A stretch of 64,000 nt of DNA from a virus. The translations under genes were made by a program, and so were the position numbers. The DNA lies in the IMG/VR virus record IMGVR_UViG_3300027833_000022, positions 1-64,000 of that record; one strand, 5' to 3'. A model generated the notes under the pieces. It had not been told where the DNA came from. It worked only from the letters and a program-made list of their open reading frames with translations, and did not search any database. Each line of letters opens with the position of its first letter. The stretch's first letter is position 1. Below, one piece after another: positions 51,832 through 60,201 of the stretch.

Positions 51832-53851
51832 GTATATTCTCCGATGTTTTTATCTTTTCTACTTCTTCAACAACTTGTCGTAAGTGGTCAACAAGTGAAC
51901 TATCTAATTGGTACATATTTTTAAACTTCATACCAACTATATTTAACTCATCTACATATACTTTTTTACTACCTATAGGTGAATCAGGATCTCTTATATT
52001 AGCATACCATCTACCATCAGGACGCTGAATTGGAACCGGACCACCGCCTTCTGCAAATTGCTCTGGACTGAAATGTTTGTTTAAAATATTATATGCTGAT
52101 AAATATTTTTGTGCATCAACTTTATCTTCATCTATGCTGGTTGGTTTATATTTTCCTATATTACTTATATAGGCATTTGCCTCCGCAGATGGATGTCCTT
52201 GTCCCATGCGCTTTGGTAATCCTTTAGAAGTTGTATATGGTTCTTTTTCATCATTATCATCATCTTCTGACGGTATCAATCCAACAAGTTTAAGTCCACC
52301 TTCAACTGATCTCAGTGCACCTTCAAACTTTTTAACAGCGATTGCACCTAGTGCATAACCAGGAGTTAATTCATGTACCACCGATCTAAATGCAATTCGC
52401 GCTGCATCTATTGCATCAATTGAACTATCTGCTTGTTCAGTCAATGCTCTGACATTCTCTAACCCAGAATCTAATTGATTTTTTGTCAAATCCATGAATG
52501 CTTCTGGTGCTATACGTGCTTGTGCTATTAAATCGTTTGATTGTTGAACTATAGGGTCATCTCCATATCTGGGACTCGCCTTTGATATTGATGTTGTTAA
52601 TTCTTTTACTCTCATCACCAATTCTGGTTGTGTTAGTTGCCCTGTTCCAGATTGTTCCAATATATCTGTAAATTTCTTTGACACATCAGGACCAAGTGCA
52701 CTCAACATATTAATCATTTCTTTAGGCATATTATTTAATACAGATGAATCTATATTGATATCTTTCAAAAAATTATTAAATACTTGTTCTGTTTGCTCTC
52801 CAAATTGAGGACCTAGTACAGTGCTGAATAGCATCTTTATATTTGCTCCAGTATTTCTAACATTCTCTTCTGCATTTTTTCCGTACTTATCTGACAGATA
52901 TTTGGCATTCATAGATATTGCTGTCATAAAATCTATATTGGTCATCGCTTCACTTCGCATTGCCAATAATGCACTTCTCTGATCACCAAATTTTTCTGCA
53001 AGAAACGTAGTCATTGCACTACTTGATTCAAAATTCTTTCTTATTTTATCTTTCGCCACTTGACCAAATTGTTCTAATTCACCTGTCATGTACATTAAAT
53101 TGGCTTCTTCTAACAATCTTGCAGTTTGTTGTTCAACATTGTAACCAAAATCACCCATTGTCTTTGATGCATCAGATTCTACTTTTCCAGCAAAATTTAT
53201 AAATTGAATTGTAGTATCCATCAAGTCTGCTGGCATATTTGCAAGCATGACTTTATTTCCTGTCATAATTTTTGACATTTCTTGCATACTCATGCCAACG
53301 CCCGCTAATGCTTCTCTCATAACAGTATATTGATTCATATTACCAACAACACCGCCATAGTCTATTATTTGTCTTAATCCTTTTTCTTGCTCGGACATAA
53401 GTTTTGCATATATTGCGGTTACGCCAACTGCTGCAACTGCGGCTCCTGTGCCAAAATTTAATAACGATGACACGACTGCCCCCTTAGGACCAAGATATTT
53501 TGAAAACGAAGTTATACCACCAATTGTGTCATCTATTGCTCCGACACTCAGTTTCAATAATTCTGCGGTTGCTACCAATGGATCAGTATCTCGTGTAGCA
53601 ACACCAAACAAATTTTTAGATGCGGATTCCATCTTTATAATTAGTTTGTTTGTTTTTTTAAATGATTTTTCAGAATCTTCAAATTCTTTTTTAACAACAT
53701 CATAATCAAACGCAACACCAGTTAATGACTTAAATGTCTTCTTTAACTTATTATTATCAGATTCGGTTGCTGCGGCAATCTTCCCTAATGTATCCTCACT
53801 TGCCCAAGGATAACGCTGGTGAATCTGCCTGATGTCGTCTTCTATTGCCAT
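51821..53851 (-). CDS. Tape-measure-like protein A (676 aa), paralog of B
   Basis: Shares the N-terminal PWASE.TL.KIA motif and helical pattern with 49771..51831. Confidence 0.55.
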   Translation of the reverse strand: MAIEDDIRQIHQRYPWASEDTLGKIAAATESDNNKLKKTFKSLTGVAFDYDVVKKEFEDSEKSFKKTNKLIIKMESASKNLFGVATRDTDPLVATAELLKLSVGAIDDTIGGITSFSKYLGPKGAVVSSLLNFGTGAAVAAVGVTAIYAKLMSEQEKGLRQIIDYGGVVGNMNQYTVMREALAGVGMSMQEMSKIMTGNKVMLANMPADLMDTTIQFINFAGKVESDASKTMGDFGYNVEQQTARLLEEANLMYMTGELEQFGQVAKDKIRKNFESSSAMTTFLAEKFGDQRSALLAMRSEAMTNIDFMTAISMNAKYLSDKYGKNAEENVRNTGANIKMLFSTVLGPQFGEQTEQVFNNFLKDINIDSSVLNNMPKEMINMLSALGPDVSKKFTDILEQSGTGQLTQPELVMRVKELTTSISKASPRYGDDPIVQQSNDLIAQARIAPEAFMDLTKNQLDSGLENVRALTEQADSSIDAIDAARIAFRSVVHELTPGYALGAIAVKKFEGALRSVEGGLKLVGLIPSEDDDNDEKEPYTTSKGLPKRMGQGHPSAEANAYISNIGKYKPTSIDEDKVDAQKYLSAYNILNKHFSPEQFAEGGGPVPIQRPDGRWYANIRDPDSPIGSKKVYVDELNIVGMKFKNMYQLDSSLVDHLRQVVEEVEKIKTSENIHGG

Positions 53852-53933
53852 AATTAAGTACCTATTTAATAGGATAAATACAGTTACGAAACTATTTTAT
53901 CACTTTACTTACTATTTATATGGAGTACAAAAA

Positions 53934-54764
53934 ATGAGTAACAATCCTTTATTGAATGCGTACAAAGTACCATCAACTTACATAAGTCTACCTTCTGGTG
54001 GGAAATATTACACCGAAAAGCCTAAATTAAGTGCTGACGGTGAATTGGCAATCTACCCAATGACAGCAAGAGATGAAATAATCTCAAAGACACCAGATGC
54101 ATTATTTAACGGAGAAGCAACTGTTGCGTTACTTGAATCATGTTGTCCAGATATAATTGACCCTAAATCAACACCCGTTAATGACTTAATGGTAATATTA
54201 CTTGCTATACGCAAAGCGAGTTATGGAGATGGAATAGACATTGATATTAAATGCCCATCTTGCAGTGAATTTAACATGCTTGAAATGGATATAAACCGAA
54301 TTCTTGGATCTGTGAAATCTAACGAAATATCAAACACATTGAAATTACAAGATAAATTTGATGTCAAGTTGAAGCCCTATAATGTGAATGATAGAACATT
54401 AATACAGATACAACAAATCCAACAAGAACGAATGATACAAGAACTTGCGAATTCTGATTTATCGGATGAGGATAGAAATAAAAAATTTGGAAAAACATTT
54501 GTAGATATATCCACGCTTACAATTAATCTTATGGTAAATTGCATTGTATCTGTATCATTCGATGGTGATGTGATAATTGATAGGGAAATTATTAGAGAAT
54601 GGTTACATAATATAACAAAGTCTGATTATAAAGAGATGAAAGATCATATTGAAAAAATCTCAGATAGTGGCATCAATACTGAATTTAAGGCAGTATGTCA
54701 ACACTGTTCACATGAATGGGAATCTGAGGTAGAACTAGATATGTCAAATTTTTTCGCAGGCTGA
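53934..54764 (+). CDS. Baseplate hub assembly protein (gp26-like) with CxxC pairs
   Basis: Y..LPSGG.YY, MTARDE, D....LLAIR.ASYG, CPSC, CQHC...NFF; GGAG SD at ATG 53934; late motif at 53874-53881. Confidence 0.8.
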   Translation: MSNNPLLNAYKVPSTYISLPSGGKYYTEKPKLSADGELAIYPMTARDEIISKTPDALFNGEATVALLESCCPDIIDPKSTPVNDLMVILLAIRKASYGDGIDIDIKCPSCSEFNMLEMDINRILGSVKSNEISNTLKLQDKFDVKLKPYNVNDRTLIQIQQIQQERMIQELANSDLSDEDRNKKFGKTFVDISTLTINLMVNCIVSVSFDGDVIIDREIIREWLHNITKSDYKEMKDHIEKISDSGINTEFKAVCQHCSHEWESEVELDMSNFFAG

Positions 54765-54961
54765 TAGCAACAAGTCAGCCGCACGAAATACCAGACATAC
54801 TGAACAGATATAAAAATGATCTAACTAAACTAAATTCTAATTATATGGATATTCTCATTATTTCACAAGGTGCATTGACATACGAATCATTGATGTCTAT
54901 GCCATTACCCATGATTGACTTATTTGTCAAGAGACATAATGAAAGAAATAGCGAATCATAA
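54749..54961 (+). CDS. gp51-like frame, probably reached by -1 frameshift from the gp26-like gene
   Basis: Not in the ORF track. Reads FFRRLIATSQPHEIPDILNRYKNDLTKLNSNYMDILIISQGALTYESLMSMPLPMIDLFVKRHNERNSES, starting at slippery T-TTT-TTC. Confidence 0.6.
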   Translation, partial: FFRRLIATSQPHEIPDILNRYKNDLTKLNSNYMDILIISQGALTYESLMSMPLPMIDLFVKRHNERNSES

Positions 54962-54980
54962 TCGTTCACTATTTCATCAT

Positions 54981-55650
54981 AGTATTTCTTTGTTTAAGGA
55001 ACAACATAATAATGTAGTCACATAAACATTGCTTCGCAATGAACATCTTCGTAAAATATCTCATTCGTTACACTCATTCGTATTTTACTTAATGTTGTTC
55101 TTTAAACACATACTGTTTCTAACTGTTATCAATGATATATAATGATTGGGCTATTGTATAACTATTATCTATTTTTCCAGGATCTTGATCCACACTTCGC
55201 TTATGCAGCGAAAGTGAAAAATTTGTTAAATGAAAAGAAAGTTTTTTCCTATCACCCAATCACACTTCGATATAACAAACCCAATTTTACACTTGGGGGA
55301 GGCGGTTACGCTGTACCTCTTATTACATGCTGCTTCAAGCAACGCAAGAACATCAATTTCCATATCGTCGGATTTTGACTACTCGTAGGTTTCAATAGTT
55401 CAGAAGAGCCTACTCTTTTCGGTTGGTCAGACCAGTGCAATGACCAGAGAGAAACACGTGGAAGTCCATCGGCTTCGCCTCAACGGCGGCAGATTCATCA
55501 CGGATACGGTATCAGTATCATCCATCTAAGTTTTATAGGGTTCTGAGGGGAGTTGCCAATGTGGGGTGTTTAAGTGCTTGTTTAGAGGGTTGTTTAAGTT
55601 TTTTGTTTAAGTTTTTTGTTTAAGTTTTTTGTTTAAGTGTTTATTCGTTT
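54981..55650 (-). ncRNA. Putative large structured non-coding RNA or replication-origin region
   Basis: No credible ORF, many short hairpins, own sigma70 promoter, long terminal inverted repeat; family not recognised. Confidence 0.5.
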
Positions 55651-55652
55651 AA
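55567..55652. repeat. Array of TGTTTAAG-like 8-mers at 12-13-bp spacing
   Basis: (TGTTTAAGTTTTT)x3 plus flanking exact and degenerate copies. Confidence 0.85.
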
Positions 55653-55654
55653 TA

Positions 55655-55682
55655 AGTATACATGATTTTTAGTGCCTGTCAA
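55655..55682 (-). promoter_or_regulatory. sigma70-type promoter firing into the non-coding region
   Basis: TTGACA-N16-TATACT with no ORF downstream. Confidence 0.7.
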
Positions 55683-55690
55683 GTATAATT

Positions 55691-56149
55691 TCATTTGCCT
55701 GAGGATTTAGTTTCGTTTAGGTGTTCTTTAAGAACTTTTGAGCCGCCAACTCTAACATTGATGATTCCATTATAGTAATCATCTGTTTCAAGTACTCTGC
55801 GTTCAAACTGTTCGCGTGCTTCTAGATAACTGGCAATGCCTCTTGTTGGGCACATATGAATAATTTCTCGTGTGAAACTATCTTTGCCTAGTTCTTCAAC
55901 GTCTGCATTAAGTCTATCACTGGAACCAAAATATTCTTTCCAATCACTTTCTTTAGTACCACGTCTTTTATTCTTTTTTCCTTTCAGTGGCGGTTTAGTA
56001 GTTTTAAACTTTGCTAGTTTTTTACCTACATACAACATACCACTGACTGTATTTGTTATTACATAAACAAATGCTTCGCATCCTTCCGGCAACTTTTCTA
56101 CTACATTACCTTCATATGTCCATTCATATGTTACATTATTTTTTTCCAC
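55691..56149 (-). CDS. Minimal GIY-YIG family endonuclease
   Basis: FVY-x10-YVG, YFGSS, LE...Q and YYN motifs; no C-terminal DNA-binding domain. Confidence 0.8.
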   Translation of the reverse strand: MEKNNVTYEWTYEGNVVEKLPEGCEAFVYVITNTVSGMLYVGKKLAKFKTTKPPLKGKKNKRRGTKESDWKEYFGSSDRLNADVEELGKDSFTREIIHMCPTRGIASYLEAREQFERRVLETDDYYNGIINVRVGGSKVLKEHLNETKSSGK

Positions 56150-56342
56150 TTACTGCTCTTATTTTTTGTAGAATATCAGCACCAACATTTTGCATGATTT
56201 CTATACTATTGAAATCTGATTCGTAAATCCATATTGTATCAGTTTCATCGCCAGTCAGATCGATCTCGATCTGACTAACGTCAGTTGCATTGTCTGTTGT
56301 TACAGGTTCTTTATCAATGCCAATCTTTTGTTTATGTCTCAA
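56136..56342 (-). CDS. Hypothetical protein
   Basis: 68-aa ORF overlapping both neighbours; GGA SD. Confidence 0.45.
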   Translation of the reverse strand: MRHKQKIGIDKEPVTTDNATDVSQIEIDLTGDETDTIWIYESDFNSIEIMQNVGADILQKIRAVSGKK

Positions 56343-58104
56343 TTATTTCCATCTCTGTATTAAATGTAGTGAATCCATTCTCTTTTGTAACTTGCAATAC
56401 ACTATTGACACGACCAATTAATTCATCTCTGTGCGAAATAAGTAGAATATCTTTATTTCGTTCACGCTCCATTTTCTTTAAAACGGTTAATGCACTTTCA
56501 ACACCTACACTATCCATGCCAGAATCAATTAATTCATCAATGCACATTAAGTTGATTGCAGAATTCATACTCTCGTACACATCTCTGAATGCCCAACTTA
56601 ATCCTAGAATTAAACGATTACGTTCACCCCTAGATAAATTGTCAAAATCTAAATCTTGTCCTAATTGCACAATGCTAACAGACAAGTCACTCTGAAATTT
56701 AACTTCATGTGGTAATCCTAGTTGTGTAATATAATGATCTAGACGAACATTAAGGAACTGTAGATTTTGTTCAATAATACGCTTCCGAATAAACGAGTCC
56801 TTGTTTGTTAATAGTTTTAATAAAAAATCCTGATGATCTTTGATATCGGTTAAACGATTAAGTTCATCCCAATCAACTGCTTGTAAACCAGTATCTTTTA
56901 GTGTATCAATTTGTTCTTGATAAGGATCTGAATCATTTGTTGTACGTTCAATTGCTGCGATTGTATTAGACAACTTGTTCTGATGTTCATATGCTTCTTG
57001 TACTGTTTCGTAAAATAATCTAGGAGGAACACCTAAATCACCTATGTTGTTTAGTTCAATGGTATATGTTTCAATCGTATTTACATCTATCGCTATCTGT
57101 TCTTTATACTCGGCGACTGCTACCGTTTTTGTTTCAAGAATTTGTTCATGTTTTTCATCATGAATCTCTTGTCCACATGCGTAGCATTTATGTTCCATAG
57201 ACGCTTCTAAATCTTCGACTGCCTTAATGAGTCGTTTATTTTCACGATCTAAGGTTGTTGTTAATTTCGCAATATCTTTGGTGTATGAATTAAATTTATT
57301 TCTTCTTGTTGTATATTCTTCAAACGCAATATGTGCTTCTAGTTCAACTTCTATATCGATTTCATACAACGTTACCAAGTCTATCTCAAGTTCTTTAATA
57401 GTTTGTTCATTAGTTTTATGCCATAGACGTTGTCTACGTTCTAAATCTTTGATACTTGTATTAAATCGTTCATTCGCATCTTCGACTGCACGAACACGAT
57501 AATTTTCTTCTTGAATACGTTCTTTGCCTATCTTGATAAGGTCTTTAAGTAATTCAGCTTTATCAGATAGTTGAGTGATACCTAACAGTTGTTCGATCAA
57601 CTCCCGCTGATCATTTGCACGCATACTCAAGAATGGCTCAGTGTATGTATTTAGTGCAATAATATGCTTGAACATTGTGTGAGTCATACCAATAACTTTT
57701 TCAATCGCAACCTGTGTTAAACGACCCTCGCCCTGACCTTCATCAGTCATATCACTGTTATCTACTTCATTTACATAGAATTTAAAAACATTGGGACTGC
57801 GTCCGCGTTCAATACGATATTGAGAACCATTCTTTTCAAAATCAACTGTGACAGTCATGTGCTTATTGTTGATCTTATTGATAAGATTTGATTTTTTAAT
57901 ATTAAATAATGCACTACCAAATAGTGCATATGAGATTGCGTTAATAAGAGTAGTCTTACCAACTCCATTACGAGAACCATCACCGCCCATATCGACATTA
58001 TTGCCCAGTACGAGAGTTAGTCCTGTTTCATTAATGGAAACAGCCTGAGTGACGTTACCTACTGATAAAAAGTTTTTAATTGTGACATTCTTAATTGTGA
58101 GCAT
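56332..58104 (-). CDS. gp46: Recombination endonuclease ATPase subunit (gp46, Rad50/SbcC-like)
   Basis: KNFLSVGN, NGVGKTT, CYAC zinc hook, LSRGE signature, IDELIDSG.D, ISH motifs. Confidence 0.95.
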   Translation of the reverse strand: MLTIKNVTIKNFLSVGNVTQAVSINETGLTLVLGNNVDMGGDGSRNGVGKTTLINAISYALFGSALFNIKKSNLINKINNKHMTVTVDFEKNGSQYRIERGRSPNVFKFYVNEVDNSDMTDEGQGEGRLTQVAIEKVIGMTHTMFKHIIALNTYTEPFLSMRANDQRELIEQLLGITQLSDKAELLKDLIKIGKERIQEENYRVRAVEDANERFNTSIKDLERRQRLWHKTNEQTIKELEIDLVTLYEIDIEVELEAHIAFEEYTTRRNKFNSYTKDIAKLTTTLDRENKRLIKAVEDLEASMEHKCYACGQEIHDEKHEQILETKTVAVAEYKEQIAIDVNTIETYTIELNNIGDLGVPPRLFYETVQEAYEHQNKLSNTIAAIERTTNDSDPYQEQIDTLKDTGLQAVDWDELNRLTDIKDHQDFLLKLLTNKDSFIRKRIIEQNLQFLNVRLDHYITQLGLPHEVKFQSDLSVSIVQLGQDLDFDNLSRGERNRLILGLSWAFRDVYESMNSAINLMCIDELIDSGMDSVGVESALTVLKKMERERNKDILLISHRDELIGRVNSVLQVTKENGFTTFNTEMEIIET

Positions 58105-58107
58105 AGT

Positions 58108-59139
58108 TTATATGTGTAAATCGTTATATATTGAAATTAAAGTTTCGTTACGAATAGAATTAGATGTTATCGCTTCAAGTTGACTAAGAACAATTGAGTC
58201 AACATTTTCTACTGATACATCACCATCCGTATCCCAGTCTTCGCCAGATACATTATCCTTCTTAGAAGGCATTAGAGATATCTCACGTAAATCATAATCA
58301 TTAGCAAATGTTTCTTTAATATAATTCGCTTCTTCATATGAAATATTGATATCTAATATTATACGACAATGTGTGTTGTTTGTCAAGATACTACCAGCAT
58401 CATCTAACAATTGACTCAAGTTCGCTACACGATACTTTGGTGCATCATGCCAAGTTTTGAAATCATATGTACCATCCCAGTTTAGGAAAGTGATACCACG
58501 TTTATCATCCCATGCGTCAGAATAGTTATGTGGAAAACAGTTTCCTGGATAGATAATATTACCTTTTTCCTGACGTTTGTGAAAATGACCAGAGAATACT
58601 TTATCTGCTTTCGATAAGTCAGATGCTTTTAACCCACCGTGATCTGGCATTTTAATCATAGCATTCAGATAAAAATCAGGTAATTCAAAGTGACCGAAGA
58701 TAAACTTAGACTTCAATTCCTTCAATCTCTTCCATTCATCATCAACCAACCATGGGACAAACGCAACACCATCTTCTTCAAATATTTCATCATTGATGAT
58801 GTTAATGTTAGGGTACTTATTTGCAAATGGAAGTGAGTTGATATCTCTTTTTTCACGATAATATAGATCATGATTTCCCATGATCATATGTACTTCGTCA
58901 AAATTATCATTCAATATCTGTAGCGCATCAACTGTGTAATTCAGAGTACCAACATTAATAGTTGCTCTGTGATGATGCCAGTCACCTAAGAAGAAACATT
59001 TTTTAATGTTTCGACTATGTGCTTCTTCTATCATCCATTTAATAAAGTTAAGACAATCATTGTTATGCATCTTAGAATTATTTTTAAGACCGAAATGTAT
59101 ATCTGTAAAAATTACTGCTTCATCAAAAAATTTACTCAC
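58108..59139 (-). CDS. gp47: Recombination endonuclease nuclease subunit (gp47, Mre11/SbcD-like)
   Basis: TDIHFG, LGD, GNHD, GHFE, SGHFH metallophosphoesterase motifs. Confidence 0.95.
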   Translation of the reverse strand: MSKFFDEAVIFTDIHFGLKNNSKMHNNDCLNFIKWMIEEAHSRNIKKCFFLGDWHHHRATINVGTLNYTVDALQILNDNFDEVHMIMGNHDLYYREKRDINSLPFANKYPNINIINDEIFEEDGVAFVPWLVDDEWKRLKELKSKFIFGHFELPDFYLNAMIKMPDHGGLKASDLSKADKVFSGHFHKRQEKGNIIYPGNCFPHNYSDAWDDKRGITFLNWDGTYDFKTWHDAPKYRVANLSQLLDDAGSILTNNTHCRIILDINISYEEANYIKETFANDYDLREISLMPSKKDNVSGEDWDTDGDVSVENVDSIVLSQLEAITSNSIRNETLISIYNDLHI

Positions 59140-59154
59140 TGTTTATTCCCTTTA

Positions 59155-60060
59155 CTATTCTACTGTTGTGATATCGTCTGGTGTTGATTCTTCTTCTATT
59201 TCTTCTATTCCTTCAATATCTGGTAGATATTTTGTTTTCTGTACTTCCCATTCCGCGTTGAATATGCGAGTGTTACTTGGATCTAGTCCTTCTTCTTCTA
59301 ATAAATCATCACGGATGTTTTGATTACGTTTTTCTAAATTCAATACACGTGTAAACGAGTTATTGATTACTGTAGTGAAGTATGCAAATGGATTTTGTGA
59401 TTTAAGTTCATTGAATTGTAAACCGATCATTGTCAATTGTAAAATTGCTTGACCACGCATTTCATCTACATATGTATACCCACGCCAGTTACCACGCATA
59501 GAGTATCGTTCACATAATTTCATATACATCATCGCTAATCGTTCTGTTGTATGTCCACATGTAACACTGAACTTTCCTGTTTCTAAATCACCATCCCAAT
59601 GAGAACGAGCAACTTCTGTCCATTCATCATTAATAAAAGAACGATGTTTGTATGCTGGAAAATTACAGCGAGAGTGATGATCTGCTACGGTTTTAGGTGT
59701 CTTCTTACGCGCTTCTAATGGAACATGATCATATCCCATGACGCGAAATACTATGTCAGTCGTCTTAATAGAATCTATACTGACTAAAAACTCTGCTGCT
59801 TTGGGCTTAGTTTTCTTCGTTAATTCACCATTCTGCCAACGTACTACTTCGGCTTCGTGTGCAATCTTTTGTAATCTAGATGCTTGTGCTTGCTTTGCAA
59901 TCAAGATAGTTTCTTCATTGATATCATCGAATGATTCAACAATATGATCAAATAGGAAATATTTCTGATCTTTTAACCAACAGAATGTCATTTTAGATTT
60001 ATGTATTTCTTTAAGTATTTCTTTATTCTTTAAGTAATGTGTAGAGGGATCTCTCGCCAT
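59155..60060 (-). CDS. gp55: Late transcription sigma factor (gp55-like), enlarged
   Basis: HYL.NKE.L N-terminus; NWRGYTY.DEM...A....F....SQNPFAYFT....NSF motifs; upstream of gp47-gp46 as in T4. Confidence 0.88.
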   Translation of the reverse strand: MARDPSTHYLKNKEILKEIHKSKMTFCWLKDQKYFLFDHIVESFDDINEETILIAKQAQASRLQKIAHEAEVVRWQNGELTKKTKPKAAEFLVSIDSIKTTDIVFRVMGYDHVPLEARKKTPKTVADHHSRCNFPAYKHRSFINDEWTEVARSHWDGDLETGKFSVTCGHTTERLAMMYMKLCERYSMRGNWRGYTYVDEMRGQAILQLTMIGLQFNELKSQNPFAYFTTVINNSFTRVLNLEKRNQNIRDDLLEEEGLDPSNTRIFNAEWEVQKTKYLPDIEGIEEIEEESTPDDITTVE

Positions 60061-60091
60061 TAGGTTTATTGCTCCATTTAATATTATTACA

Positions 60092-60120
60092 ATTATATAT
60101 CAGATTTACTAGTTTGTCAA
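60092..60120 (-). promoter_or_regulatory. Perfect consensus sigma70 promoter for gp55-gp47-gp46
   Basis: TTGACA-N17-TATAAT. Confidence 0.85.
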
Positions 60121-60201
60121 GTTTTATTTTTTAATCTATTCGAATCATTAAGTACATAGTTTATCATAGGCTAAATACATGATAAGTAGGAGATTATTAA
60201 G

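Noticed and set aside
55142-55378. 78-aa ORF on the + strand
   Set aside because: No SD or recognisable motif; overlaps the hairpin-rich region that has a promoter on the opposite strand
55175-55565. tRNA cluster, tmRNA, RNase P RNA or group I intron
   Set aside because: No TTC(G/A)A T-loop cloverleaf with CCA, no GAGGAAAGTCC, no clear P7 signature, and no interrupted host gene
55691-56149. Intron-encoded homing endonuclease
   Set aside because: Free-standing in the gp47-gp46 operon, flanking genes intact, no DNA-binding tail; a mobile origin is not excluded but is unsupported
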